From IMG/VR virus record IMGVR_UViG_3300033463_000098: a DNA stretch of 64,000 nucleotides; one strand, 5' to 3'. Positions within the stretch are counted from its first letter, which is position 1; every line of letters begins with the position of its first letter. Positions 9,999 to 20,217 of this stretch are shown in pieces. The notes beneath the pieces are model-generated. The model saw only the letters and a list, made by a program, of their open reading frames with translations. It was not told the DNA's origin and searched no databases. Made by a program: the position numbers and the translations under genes. This DNA is from an uncultured virus (IMG/VR IMGVR_UViG_3300033463_000098) (Duplodnaviria; Heunggongvirae; Uroviricota; Caudoviricetes).

Positions 9999-10178
9999 GA
10001 GAAACCACTTTTATTTTTATTATTGTAGAACAATAGGAAAAATATAACAATAATTAAAATTAATATATATCCCATTATGTTTCATCCTTACCAATATAAA
10101 TTGGTTTACAATTTCTAAAAATTTTTAACAAATAATGTAAAGGAATAAATTTCCTTAAATCTTCTTCACTATAATACC

Positions 10179-11060
10179 TCATTTTGCCTCCACATCAGCC
10201 GCATGTAGTATCATAATTTTATTCCAAAGTTCTTCACCAAGGCGTCGCCGCCATACAGCAATACCTTGTTCATTAAAAGGGAGCATATGATAATTAACTA
10301 ATTGTACAGTTTCCATAGAAGCGCCCATATTCATTGCGATATAAGCGCTATACATTTCGTGCCCGAAGTAATGCGCAATACCCTCATCATCATAAGAACG
10401 AGTATATGCCTTACCAATGTCATGCATACCCGCGGCAATAATTAATTTTTCAGCATCATCATCTGACATTTGTGGTAATTTAAGCTTACTAATAGTTTCC
10501 GTAAGATGTTCGCATAAAGTAAGAGTATGATGAGGATTATCCTGATTTCCAGCATTATCTACATCTTTCCATACTTGTCTACTAAAACAAACCCTTTCAT
10601 AATTCGCGGGAGAAATTATTCCAATTTTGTTCCAACCTTCATTCTCTACGGGAAACTGAAATGCGCGTACCTGCTTATCAATTACATATTCAGGCACCTT
10701 GCGCTTACGATTGTTATTCCACTCCTTACATACAGAAATAGGAGTGTTAAAAACAACACAACGAAAGTAGGTTTCGGGAAAACGGGCCCGAAGCTGCTGC
10801 AACAAATGGATGCGCCGCTTCATAGATAGGTTAGTAGCACAGTAACATACATTTTCACCGCGAGAAAGAGCCTCACAAGTGCGGCGATACATAATATCAA
10901 AAACTTTTGCAGGATTATCCTGACAATTTTCATCGCCATAGAGTTCGCCGCGAATAGTATCACTATCTAATAGGGTACAAGGAAGATTATGATGCTTATA
11001 GGTATGCGCCCAAGTAGTCTTACCAGAGCCAGACAAACCAATAGTCATAACAAATTCCAT
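10179..11060 (-). CDS. polynucleotide kinase (P-loop) fused to HD phosphoesterase
   Basis: GLSGSGKT Walker A, DSDTIR, ATNL, RKRKVP; C-terminal PHH...EH...HDIGK...GHE...HM...D HD domain. Confidence 0.85.
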   Translation of the reverse strand: MEFVMTIGLSGSGKTTWAHTYKHHNLPCTLLDSDTIRGELYGDENCQDNPAKVFDIMYRRTCEALSRGENVCYCATNLSMKRRIHLLQQLRARFPETYFRCVVFNTPISVCKEWNNNRKRKVPEYVIDKQVRAFQFPVENEGWNKIGIISPANYERVCFSRQVWKDVDNAGNQDNPHHTLTLCEHLTETISKLKLPQMSDDDAEKLIIAAGMHDIGKAYTRSYDDEGIAHYFGHEMYSAYIAMNMGASMETVQLVNYHMLPFNEQGIAVWRRRLGEELWNKIMILHAADVEAK

Positions 11061-11064
11061 ATTA

Positions 11065-11421
11065 TTATCCTTTCTGAATAAATTTTGCGTTTTCCTTAAA
11101 AATCTTTCTCTTATCAAGCGGCACTTCGCCTATAAACCAAAGAGAACGGGTATCACGAAAATGTCCATCATTAAAGCGAATAGCATAATATTCGCCGCCC
11201 ATACCACGTGTGTCATCATCATTGCTGCCAATGCGGTAGAGTTTATGGTTAATAACCGCATATTCATGCTTTGAGTCTACCACAAAACGCGCAGCTTGTA
11301 AGTCCCAAAAGAAAATAGGGTAACAACTTGGATTACTACAAACATAAGTGTTTCCGCCCGCGGAAAAATATAACTCATCTTCTGTAATCTCGTGGCCGCA
11401 AATATAGCACCTCTTACTCAT
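11065..11421 (-). CDS. hypothetical Zn-finger protein
   Basis: CYICG...CSNPSC. Confidence 0.65.
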   Translation of the reverse strand: MSKRCYICGHEITEDELYFSAGGNTYVCSNPSCYPIFFWDLQAARFVVDSKHEYAVINHKLYRIGSNDDDTRGMGGEYYAIRFNDGHFRDTRSLWFIGEVPLDKRKIFKENAKFIQKG

Positions 11422-11426
11422 AATAA

Positions 11427-11699
11427 TTACTCCCAAGAAATAACCATTGTTCGCGCATCAGCGGGGTAGCGTTGTGGGTATCTAACATTAGTAAAAGAGA
11501 CATTATATCCTCTTTTAGTTAGATAATCAAATGCCATATCTTGATATGTAGGGTTTTCAATCACAAAAGAACAAGAATAACGACCAAGTTCAGCATTAGT
11601 ATTAATACTAGTACGAATATTGTCCAACACCCTATTCCACTTTTCATTCAAACTTGCAACAGTTATTTCACGTGCGGCATTAGCAGTCATAATATCCAT
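11427..11699 (-). CDS. hypothetical protein
   Basis: promoter and RBS upstream; ends ISWE. Confidence 0.7.
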   Translation of the reverse strand: MDIMTANAAREITVASLNEKWNRVLDNIRTSINTNAELGRYSCSFVIENPTYQDMAFDYLTKRGYNVSFTNVRYPQRYPADARTMVISWE

Positions 11700-11782
11700 A
11701 ATTATTATTTCCTTTCTTTCTTTCTATAATAATTATAGCAGGAATTAAAAAAGAAGTCAAGTATCTTTTTCTTTAAATTACT

Positions 11783-12076
11783 TTAATCATCACTCGGCTC
11801 CACTATTTCTTCTGTAAGTTCTAATCCAGTATAACCTTTATGTGCAAGATCTATACCAAATTTAATTGCTTCTATAAAGTCATAAGCAGTAAATAAATCA
11901 CGACCAATAATAGCATCTTCTGGACATTCGCATAAATCACAAACGCGAAAGCGTCCTTTAAAATTATCATAATTCCATTCTATTTTTTGCGCGCAAATCC
12001 TATCATTATAGTCATCATGATATTCAGTTATTGTCATCGGATATTTCATTTTGTTTTTTAAAACCTTCAACCGCAA
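11783..12076 (-). CDS. hypothetical protein
   Basis: CECPEDAIIGRDL; start may be the ATG at 12049. Confidence 0.65.
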   Translation of the reverse strand: MRLKVLKNKMKYPMTITEYHDDYNDRICAQKIEWNYDNFKGRFRVCDLCECPEDAIIGRDLFTAYDFIEAIKFGIDLAHKGYTGLELTEEIVEPSDD

Positions 12077-12199
12077 TTACCTCATAATTAGAAAAGAAAT
12101 AGCCGCAAAACCAACAGGTTTCGCGCAATTCTTTTTGCTCCATGCGGCAATTGTGACAGATTAGTTTATTCTCCTTTCTCACTAAATGTGTAATCATAT

Positions 12200-12472
12200 T
12201 TATTTCTCCACAGGTTCATAAGTCTCTTCAAAGACATCGTTGTGAATGGGATAAATTTCTCCTTTTGGTCCCTTAATAATCCAATTACCCCAGAAACAAG
12301 ACATATTCCCTTCTAATGTAGGAATTACTAAACCTTCCTCATTCATCCAAATATCATAATCATGTATCCATTCTGGCGCGCTTTTAGACCATTCAAGATA
12401 TTCGCGCCCAGTAGGACGATGTATAGGAATACGAACTGCTTCAACTGGAATTGGTTTCTTCACATACAACAT
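12200..12472 (-). CDS. conserved phage protein (KKPxxVEA / TLEG / GxKGExYP family)
   Basis: KKPIPVEA, IPTLEG, WIIKGPKGEIYP...FEETYE. Confidence 0.75.
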   Translation of the reverse strand: MLYVKKPIPVEAVRIPIHRPTGREYLEWSKSAPEWIHDYDIWMNEEGLVIPTLEGNMSCFWGNWIIKGPKGEIYPIHNDVFEETYEPVEK

Positions 12473-12482
12473 AGTTCCTCCA

Positions 12483-12764
12483 TCACGGGTTAATTACTCT
12501 AATTATCCCGCAAATTTCATCATCTTTTATAAACCATTTAATTAGATTATTTTCTAACAAAGCCTCACCAAATTCACGCGCAATATCTTTTTGCGCATAA
12601 ATAGTTATTATATTTGGTACAATACGTACAGCCTTTAATGTAGAATAATCTAATTGAATGGTTTCAATTTTGGGCATACTGCCCCTAATTCTATTTAAAG
12701 AAGTATACTCATCACAAGTATAACCACCAAGTTTTTTAATTATCCAATTCTTTAATTTTTTCAT
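12483..12764 (-). CDS. hypothetical protein
   Basis: packed operon ORF. Confidence 0.65.
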   Translation of the reverse strand: MKKLKNWIIKKLGGYTCDEYTSLNRIRGSMPKIETIQLDYSTLKAVRIVPNIITIYAQKDIAREFGEALLENNLIKWFIKDDEICGIIRVINP

Positions 12765-13083
12765 TTATTTTTTCTATTAGCCCCTCACGAACTTCATTTA
12801 CAATCGCGTCTGAAACTAAGTCATATTTTTCAAAAGCATCACATATTGAATTAATACCTGAAATTGCACCTTGAGCATAAAAAAGCTCAAAATTTTTCAT
12901 TTGCTCTTGTGTCATACGATTTACGAACCATTCATTAATTTGGTCTGTATTCATTGCTTTAAAGTCTACATCAAAAAGTTTTTCTAAATACTCTAATTTA
13001 AGACTGCGTAATTTATAAATACCAAGTTCATGTTCTTGCATTGCTTGAAGATATTCCCAAGTTTTATTAGTAAAAATTTTCAT
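12736..13083 (-). CDS. hypothetical protein
   Basis: packed operon ORF. Confidence 0.65.
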   Translation of the reverse strand: MKIFTNKTWEYLQAMQEHELGIYKLRSLKLEYLEKLFDVDFKAMNTDQINEWFVNRMTQEQMKNFELFYAQGAISGINSICDAFEKYDLVSDAIVNEVREGLIEKINEKIKELDN

Positions 13084-13361
13084 AGCGTTAAATCCTTCAT
13101 TGAAATGTCACCAGTTTTTAGTGCAAGGGCAAGAAGCGGCAAAAAGTCAGGTCTATCTTTATTAGATTGCGCGATTTGCGCCTTAACATATCCAGTTAAA
13201 TTTACTTCTGTAAGTGGGCAATCAGGCATACGTTGATCGCGCGTGGGAAAATTATAACCATGTGAGTAATGAGTAATCCCGCAAGTTGGATAATCACTAC
13301 TTTCATTCAATATTGGACACTCATCACAACAGTTTGGCATTATCATATTTGCTACAACCAT
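13080..13361 (-). CDS. Cys-rich hypothetical phage protein
   Basis: MPNCCDECP...C...DCPL. Confidence 0.7.
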   Translation of the reverse strand: MVVANMIMPNCCDECPILNESSDYPTCGITHYSHGYNFPTRDQRMPDCPLTEVNLTGYVKAQIAQSNKDRPDFLPLLALALKTGDISMKDLTL

Positions 13362-13371
13362 ACTATTCTCC

Positions 13372-13560
13372 TTACCAAATTAAATAATCTAAATAATCAG
13401 GTTCAAGTCCAAGTTCTGAAGCAACAATATCTTCTGCTTCTTGAAAATTTCCACGACCAATCGCTGTGAGGACTTCCTCGCGGCAGTCCTCAACAATATT
13501 AGTTGCTTCAAGTTCAGAAATACCGTCACGCCGCATAAGGATTTCTACAATTTTATTCAT
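13372..13560 (-). CDS. hypothetical protein
   Basis: start MNKIVEILMRRDG after GGAG; ends LGLEPDYL. Confidence 0.7.
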   Translation of the reverse strand: MNKIVEILMRRDGISELEATNIVEDCREEVLTAIGRGNFQEAEDIVASELGLEPDYLDYLIW

Positions 13561-13867
13561 TCTTTGTCTCCATTCTTGCGCCGCAATATGGGCAATATGG
13601 TGTTTTTTCGCCATCGGCTATTTCAACGCTACATGCCGTACATACTAATGCCCTATGATTTATCACGCACCAATCGCATTCCGTCATCCATCTTTTTTCA
13701 ACCCACCTTGCGTGCACCACTGGCGCAGCGTCCACGGCGTGCTCAAGTTCCAAATATTGCTCTATTTCTGCTGCAATATGTATCGGACATGTAGTATCAT
13801 TTAGAACAGTTTGAATATTACTTCTAAATGACGCCCTTGAAATTAAATCATCTGCCGTTTTATTCAT
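13553..13867 (-). CDS. Zn-ribbon phage protein
   Basis: VVHARW...CTAC...YCPYCGARM. Confidence 0.7.
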   Translation of the reverse strand: MNKTADDLISRASFRSNIQTVLNDTTCPIHIAAEIEQYLELEHAVDAAPVVHARWVEKRWMTECDWCVINHRALVCTACSVEIADGEKTPYCPYCGARMETKNE

Positions 13868-14049
13868 TTTATGTTATCCTTCTTTTTAATAGTATTTATA
13901 AATGCTTTTACATATTCTTCGTCATAATGGGAGAGATGCATAACCGCAATACAATCTTCGCAATAATATGACATACAATTCATATTTGGTACTTCTTTTA
14001 GTATCATACGGCCGCCACAATATGGACATTCAACATTAAAACTATTCAT
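13864..14049 (-). CDS. small Zn-ribbon protein
   Basis: CPYCGG...CEDC. Confidence 0.65.
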   Translation of the reverse strand: MNSFNVECPYCGGRMILKEVPNMNCMSYYCEDCIAVMHLSHYDEEYVKAFINTIKKKDNIK

Positions 14050-15181
14050 CTTCTTTCGTTCCTATCTCGGTTGTTTCCATTTCTGCCATAATGTAAGAAG
14101 CCAAAGTGCGCGCACGCATTTCCGCGAAGAAATCAATTGCATCTTCCACCTTATTATCTAACTTTGCATATAGATAACTACGAATGGGAGGTTTATAAGT
14201 ATTAGCATAGCGTGCAAAATCACGACGCTCGGGGGTATCATATCCAGAAACTACCTTATAAGCAATTTCCGAAAGATTCACTAGGTTTCCAATTTCATTT
14301 AATACATTTTGCGCGAACTCTTCAAATTCAGGGTAGTAAGCAACAAAATCATCCAAAGAATCATTCTGCCACATTTCTACCACTCGTAGAGTAGTAAGCG
14401 GCCCATTACCCCTAATTTTATGCAGCCGCAGGTACTCGTCGCCCTTAATCTTAATTCTATTAAAATTCTTATCGCAAACTACATAACCTTCTTCATCTTC
14501 ACCCATTTCATGCGCGGCCATAACACACTCAGAAAGAGAATGATGCGGGAAAAGCGCAGGGTGGAGTATTCCTTCCACATTAAACTCTTCATCTATCTCA
14601 GTATCATTTTCCATATCACGGCAGCCCAAATACCAAAGATGAATACCTTCATACTGAATTACTATATGGTTGTAGGGAGAGGTAAGTTCAAACATATAGC
14701 AACGAGTAGGATTTAAAGCATACCAGAAATCAGGAATGTTTGAAATAGCATCGGCAACTAGTAAGCCATAAGAGGTTTCGCCGCATCCCGCGGAAAAAGC
14801 ATTAATACTACCATTAGTAGAGATATGCCATAAATTATTGTCATACCAAATTTTAATTAAGGAACCATCAACCTTCTGCTGGACGGAGGCAGTTTCCCAA
14901 TCAATTTCATGTACCGCAGAGTGCTGCTCACCATAATTGAAGAACTTATCAAAAGGATGGCAAACGCAAATCCATTCACCTGCATCATTTTTGCGGAAAA
15001 TAGAACCACGCGCTTCCTGCACCAGCTTAGAACTCATATTAGAATTAATCATATTATACTTTAAAATCCAATATTCAACATCATTTATAGTATCACTATG
15101 AATTTCAATATTGTAGGGTTCAGCCGCAAGTAACTCTTGCCAATTATCGGGGTGGTTATTCAGGAACTTCACTAATTCCAT
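14042..15181 (-). CDS. T4 Rnl1-like RNA ligase
   Basis: EARG, PFDKFFNYGE, KVDGS (motif I), FELTSP, EEGYVV, RIKIK. Confidence 0.88.
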   Translation of the reverse strand: MELVKFLNNHPDNWQELLAAEPYNIEIHSDTINDVEYWILKYNMINSNMSSKLVQEARGSIFRKNDAGEWICVCHPFDKFFNYGEQHSAVHEIDWETASVQQKVDGSLIKIWYDNNLWHISTNGSINAFSAGCGETSYGLLVADAISNIPDFWYALNPTRCYMFELTSPYNHIVIQYEGIHLWYLGCRDMENDTEIDEEFNVEGILHPALFPHHSLSECVMAAHEMGEDEEGYVVCDKNFNRIKIKGDEYLRLHKIRGNGPLTTLRVVEMWQNDSLDDFVAYYPEFEEFAQNVLNEIGNLVNLSEIAYKVVSGYDTPERRDFARYANTYKPPIRSYLYAKLDNKVEDAIDFFAEMRARTLASYIMAEMETTEIGTKEDE

Positions 15182-15367
15182 TTGAATTCTCCTCTTCTTT
15201 TTCTTCAATATTATTATAACATAATTTTTGCCGCAAGTCAAGACTTGGTTCTTCTCCAAAATAGTTCTTCCACCAATTCCAAAATTCCTCATCAATTGGA
15301 TATTCAGTCATACCATCACCTTCTTTTCTCTTATTATAACATATAAAATTTTAAATGTCAAATATTT

Positions 15368-15421
15368 CCCTTCCCCTTGGGGAAGGGTGGTTATAGAAAT
15401 CGCGCAGCGATTTCTATAACC
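15368..15421. repeat. two adjacent perfect inverted repeats (9 bp and 15 bp arms)
   Basis: CCCTTCCCC-tt-GGGGAAGGG and GGTTATAGAAATCGC-gca-GCGATTTCTATAACC. Confidence 0.8.
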
Positions 15422-15579
15422 GGGGTTGGGGGTAAGTAAAGGGATATAACAACCTTTAAATAAAATCCAAAAACAAAAATGAAATTGAAATTGAAATTGC
15501 AAATAGGGAGGGGTTTCGGGACACCTAGAAACTATATATGCGGGGAAACACCAAGTAAAAAATGAAATTGAAATTGCAA

Positions 15580-15876
15580 CTATACCATTTCGCGCACCCT
15601 TACTTCCACTTTACACTCCATCGCCGTATATGTTAAATCTATTTTCTTATGATAGTCAGGATTGGTTTCATTGGTTCTTACTACATCTACTTGAATATTA
15701 TTTTTAACCAACATTCTTACATAAAGAAGTAATTCATCAATAAAAGATTGAAGCTTTTTACTATGGTAGGAGAGTTCATTATATTTTCGCTTTTCTTTCT
15801 CTTTTAACACTGCCATCTCCAATTCCTTTAACTCATTGTCGCTTAATGCCGCAAAACGCATATCCATATCACACAT
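15580..15876 (-). CDS. hypothetical protein
   Basis: own promoter and AAGGAG RBS. Confidence 0.65.
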   Translation of the reverse strand: MCDMDMRFAALSDNELKELEMAVLKEKEKRKYNELSYHSKKLQSFIDELLLYVRMLVKNNIQVDVVRTNETNPDYHKKIDLTYTAMECKVEVRVREMV

Positions 15877-16271
15877 TCTCCTTTATTATTTCTTTACTAT
15901 AAGTATAACATAAAAAATGATAAAAGTCAAGAAGAAAAACGCATAGGGGATTGCGTCTAAGTAAATACATCTATGTAAACAAAGGAAGGGAAGGAGTAGT
16001 AAAGGTAGTAGTAAAGGTTGGAGGGGTCGTTTTTGGAAGGGTAGGTCAAAAATTTCGGTAGGAAAATTTGGTAGGGTGGTGGAGGGGTAGGAAATTGGTA
16101 AGGATGGTGGATGGGAGTGCCCGAAATTTCAACACTTGTCAAGTATTTTATTCTATAAGATTAAGGAAAAAATTCTAGATTTTAATTATATAGGTTTTCG
16201 CGCGCGTCATAAAATGGTAGTGGAGACCTAGAATTGTAAAGAAAGTTAGTGAAAAATGTCGAAAAAAATTT

Positions 16272-16312
16272 TGTCCGGGGGTGTATAAGACACCCCCGGA
16301 CACTTTTTTTTT
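16272..16312. terminator. 13-bp inverted repeat with T/A tracts, probable terminator downstream of the helicase
   Basis: TGTCCGGGGGTGT-ataag-ACACCCCCGGACA. Confidence 0.6.
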
Positions 16313-16331
16313 CTATATTTTAGCAGTTCTA

Positions 16332-17582
16332 CTAAAAATTGTCCTTCTTTTTTATAACATGTCCATAATAAATACCAGTTCCTGACTGTTCAATTTCGTA
16401 ATATTGTTCTAAATCTTTCTTCAATGAAGTCCATTTACGTGGGTAGTCCATTTCCTTTATTAAATCTTCTTTATCTTGTTTAGTTAATTTCCTATTTAAA
16501 TAGCTTTGTGGCACAATCCATTCCTGCTTTGATATCTCAGTGAGTGATTTATTGCGTCGCATTTCTCTTTTCTCAGTTTCCGCAGCTTGACTATCATAAT
16601 TGTATTGAATTTGCCAGTCTCCGCGCTTGCGTCCAGGAAATTGTATTTGAATATCTTTGTTGCCGCTATGTACTATAACAATTTGTACATTATCATCTAC
16701 TAAATTCCAACCAGTAGCGTATGCTTCTGTGGCAATAATATCATCAATATTATCTGGGTAATTATGTTGATATTTTAAATGTTCAATAGTGGCTAATTGG
16801 GTGGTTGAAAGTTGTTTAGTAGAGTGGCGTGACCATAGACACATTACATTGCGCCCTGTATTTTGTTTGATTTCGCGCGCAAACTGCTCTGCGAGTTCAA
16901 TAGTGGGCGCGAAGATAAGGCGCTTGACATCTGGGTTTGAAGCCAATAGGGTGTGAACATTGGTATATGAGTATTTCTGGAATACTTCATATGCCATTAA
17001 TTGTTCTTGAATTTGTATTTCATTTATATAGGATTTTAGGCGCGGCCACTTTTCTAGGTTATCCGCGGTCGCGGTTAAACCAAACCACCAAACTCCTTGA
17101 AGTTCAGCCCAGTGGAAGAGAGTGTCTATGGCTACATAAGAGAGTGACTCATGCGCGAGTAGCAAACAAATCACTTCTTTATCACTTTCTGGGTTGCGTC
17201 GCCATATGTTGGCTTCATCTATGCGGACATATTTAATTAAATTATGAATTTCGTCGCACGCCACATAATCAAACATTGCAGAAGTGATTTCGCCGCGCTT
17301 TACCATCGCGCCAAATTTTTGATAGTTTAAAATATATGGTTTTTCCAGCTTTTCGCCCCACATTTGACATTCATCTAACGCAATTTTTTCTTCTTCTCCC
17401 ATTGTGGTGTCTATGAGAATGAGGCAACGCTGTGGCAAAATGCCTAATTGTTCTGGAATAGTGTGGATTGCGGCGGTAGTTTTACCCTGGCCGGTTTGCG
17501 CATTGATTAAATTCAATCGGCCTTTTTGATATTGCTGCTGCGTGGTGGTTAATGCTTCTGATAAATGGAGTCCTTCTTTCAT
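16332..17582 (-). CDS. superfamily 2 (DExH) helicase-like protein
   Basis: AQTGQGKT (I), ACDEIH (II), GLTAT (III), ATEAYATG, QFPGRKR (VI). Confidence 0.8.
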   Translation of the reverse strand: MKEGLHLSEALTTTQQQYQKGRLNLINAQTGQGKTTAAIHTIPEQLGILPQRCLILIDTTMGEEEKIALDECQMWGEKLEKPYILNYQKFGAMVKRGEITSAMFDYVACDEIHNLIKYVRIDEANIWRRNPESDKEVICLLLAHESLSYVAIDTLFHWAELQGVWWFGLTATADNLEKWPRLKSYINEIQIQEQLMAYEVFQKYSYTNVHTLLASNPDVKRLIFAPTIELAEQFAREIKQNTGRNVMCLWSRHSTKQLSTTQLATIEHLKYQHNYPDNIDDIIATEAYATGWNLVDDNVQIVIVHSGNKDIQIQFPGRKRGDWQIQYNYDSQAAETEKREMRRNKSLTEISKQEWIVPQSYLNRKLTKQDKEDLIKEMDYPRKWTSLKKDLEQYYEIEQSGTGIYYGHVIKKKDNF

Positions 17583-17821
17583 AATTTATTAAAATCCTTA
17601 TAATAATCAAATTTTATATTATTAGAAATATGTATATAAATATATTTATTAGGAGAGTAACCGCCACCAAACCATTCTTTTTCTTTTCTCTTTACATCTT
17701 CAAAATATTTGTCATCTATACAAAGATAACAAATGGGTCCTTTTAATCCAACACCTATAAGTGGTGAATTTAAACTTTCTATATAATTTAAGTCATCTAT
17801 ATGAACAAGAGTAGCATACAT
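17579..17821 (-). CDS. hypothetical protein
   Basis: start MYATLV after AAGGAAGTG. Confidence 0.55.
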   Translation of the reverse strand: MYATLVHIDDLNYIESLNSPLIGVGLKGPICYLCIDDKYFEDVKRKEKEWFGGGYSPNKYIYIHISNNIKFDYYKDFNKL

Positions 17822-18143
17822 AATTTTCACTTCCTTATTTTTTTTATTTTTCAAAAGAAAAGTATTTATTTTATTTTAAAATTATTTTAATTTATTTTAA
17901 TAAAAGAAAAAATTTTTTTAATAATAAAAAATAAATAATAAAAATTATTTAAATAAAAAATTTAAATAAAATTTTATTTGACAATTTTTCAAATCCATGT
18001 TATAATAGAATGGGATATTTTTTTTAAAAAAATATTTCCAGCTTTTTCGCCGCAGCCTAGCCATTCGCCTATTGGTCGTACCCGTGGGCCATCGGCATTT
18101 TCCCACGACTTTTATCCCGCGAAAAATTTTTTCTTCGCAGGTT

Positions 18144-18283
18144 TTCAGCTTGTATGTAATTTCCAGCTTTCCAGCTCATGGTTCCAGCTAGCCAGCCACT
18201 TCCAGCTTGTAGCTTCCAGCCTACGGGCCCGTTTCATTCCAGCTTTCCAGCCTGGCCAGGATTTCCAGCTTGCGGGCCAGCTT
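18144..18283 (+). repeat. CCAGC(T)-rich short repeat tract
   Basis: about a dozen (C)CAGC(T/C) words in 140 bp. Confidence 0.85.
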
Positions 18284-18364
18284 TATCATAAGCCTCTCCC
18301 CTCCCTCTCTAAAAATATTATAACATAATTTTATACCAAAGTCAAATGGTAGGATTTAGCGCGT

Positions 18365-18444
18365 TAGCATGGTAAAGTGGTAGCATGGTAAAGTATTACT
18401 ATATTAAAGTGCTACTATGGTAACATAGTAGCATAGTAAAGTGT
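18365..18444 (+). repeat. five degenerate 16-bp tandem repeats (TAGCATGGTAAAGTnn)
   Basis: units at 18365, 18381, 18397, 18413, 18429. Confidence 0.8.
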
Positions 18445-18564
18445 TTCAAATTGTTGACTTTTTGTAAATTAAATGGCCCGGGTATTATAATTTACATAGT
18501 TTTAACTTGACATGTTATAAATTATGATATATAATAAATGTATAAAAAGAAAGGAAATAAAAAT

Positions 18565-19248
18565 ATGGCATTGAAAATTTTGAGTAACAACAACATTACC
18601 TGTAATACTCATGATAGTGGTATTTATTTCTTTGGAGAACGCGGTCTTACCCCTGACGGCGAAGTATTTTGCTCCGTAAAGATTGGATGGGGTAGCGATT
18701 TATCAAAACGTATTTCTCAATATAAAACTTATAGTTGCCAATTATTCCATCAGCAACACCATGTTTTAACTAAAAAACTACCTGTTCCGCATGGATATGA
18801 TATGGAAACTTTTGCACATGCTATGCTTGTGCTGCTTGCTATTGGTTTGCCTTCATATAGCCGTGAATGGTTTTATGTAAGTGAGCCAGTATATTTTGAA
18901 TTGTGTAAAGACCCGTGGCAGATTTTTGATGTTAATAGAATGGAAGAACTAATTAAATTAGCGGAAAAAACTAAAAAGAACAATCGTTATTATATCAATA
19001 AAACTGAATATGATAAAATTTATCAACATGATAAGATGATGACAGAGCAAGTTATTGCTCGTGAAGATATTATTAAACGACAAGCAGAAGAAATTGAAGC
19101 ATTAAATAAAACAAAACAATCTTATTTTGAACTTATTCAGGCTTATGAAGAAGATAATAAATTTAAACAATATTATTATGAATATAGTATTAGATTTCAT
19201 CTTGCTCCATGGTGGAAAAAAATATTGATGGCATTGAATATTATTTAA
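18565..19248 (+). CDS. T5orf172/MUG113-like (GIY-YIG) domain protein with C-terminal coiled coil
   Basis: GIYFF...VKIGW...RISQYKT...E...H...REWF. Confidence 0.65.
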   Translation: MALKILSNNNITCNTHDSGIYFFGERGLTPDGEVFCSVKIGWGSDLSKRISQYKTYSCQLFHQQHHVLTKKLPVPHGYDMETFAHAMLVLLAIGLPSYSREWFYVSEPVYFELCKDPWQIFDVNRMEELIKLAEKTKKNNRYYINKTEYDKIYQHDKMMTEQVIAREDIIKRQAEEIEALNKTKQSYFELIQAYEEDNKFKQYYYEYSIRFHLAPWWKKILMALNII

Positions 19249-19334
19249 GAGGGTTACTCCCTCTTTTTTTTAATTACATGTAAATTAAACTACCCGGGCA
19301 CTCTATTTAACATTCCCTTAATAAAAAGAGGACT

Positions 19335-20051
19335 TTACGTCCTCTTTACATCCATCCAACAGTTGCGGCGGATGCCCTTGCCGTAGGGCATTGCTTTATG
19401 GCTGTCAAAGCATCGCCGCATGATATACGCTTCAATGAGAACATCTTCAAGTCCTTTGTGTTCTTCTTCAAATTGCGGCGAAAGTGTCAAGTAGCGGTAA
19501 ACATTTTCCGCGCTGGTGCTGATATTGCGCGCCTTTTTGTTTGTGCCATGACCGTTGCCGGAAAAAAGCTGATTTTCTTCACAGAAGCGGCGATATGTAA
19601 TGCGCTGGCAAATGGTTTGACAAGCCATATTCCAGATACAAACAAAGTTCGTATTGCGCGGGAAAAAGTATCTGTGTTTAGACTTTGTTAACCATCTTTG
19701 CGTGGTGTTGAGGGCGTTGCGGTCAAAGTGAGCGTTATAGGCAGCTACATCGTGAATATTATATTTCTCCATGAGGTCGAGAACATAGCGGCGGGCGGTG
19801 TAGAAGTCAACCATCTTGCGGTCGCCCGCATGAATAGCATCGACATATTCGGAAATCTTATTGGCATAGTAGGCAGTCCGCATGAGTTCGCGCTCATAAA
19901 CGAAAATGTCGCGGATAACGAAAGAAAAACTTTCGTAGATGTTACCCTGTTTGTCCGCAACCACACCGCCCAGATCGTAAACTAGCGGCTGTTCCAGTCC
20001 GTTTGTGGTTTCGGTGTCCAGAATCAGATAATACTTGATGCGCTTGTCCAT
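19335..20051 (-). CDS. DnaQ/DEDDh-like 3'-5' exonuclease
   Basis: LDTETT, AYNAHFDR, EEHKGLEDV. Confidence 0.85.
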   Translation of the reverse strand: MDKRIKYYLILDTETTNGLEQPLVYDLGGVVADKQGNIYESFSFVIRDIFVYERELMRTAYYANKISEYVDAIHAGDRKMVDFYTARRYVLDLMEKYNIHDVAAYNAHFDRNALNTTQRWLTKSKHRYFFPRNTNFVCIWNMACQTICQRITYRRFCEENQLFSGNGHGTNKKARNISTSAENVYRYLTLSPQFEEEHKGLEDVLIEAYIMRRCFDSHKAMPYGKGIRRNCWMDVKRT

Positions 20052-20217
20052 GAAGTGTATCTCCTTTCTTTGATGATATAAGTATATCATAGGCAGGAAA
20101 AGAAGTCAAGTTAAGTATTGGTTAATTTAATAACCCGGACAATATAGTTAATGAAGATTTAACTTGACCTTTCGCGCTTGCGGGTGTATAATGTAATTGA
20201 AAGTGAGGGGATGACTT

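Noticed and set aside
17978..18328. 116-aa ORF with repeated FQL
   Set aside because: It is a by-product of the TTCCAGCT repeats, and its start lies in a -35 box without an RBS.
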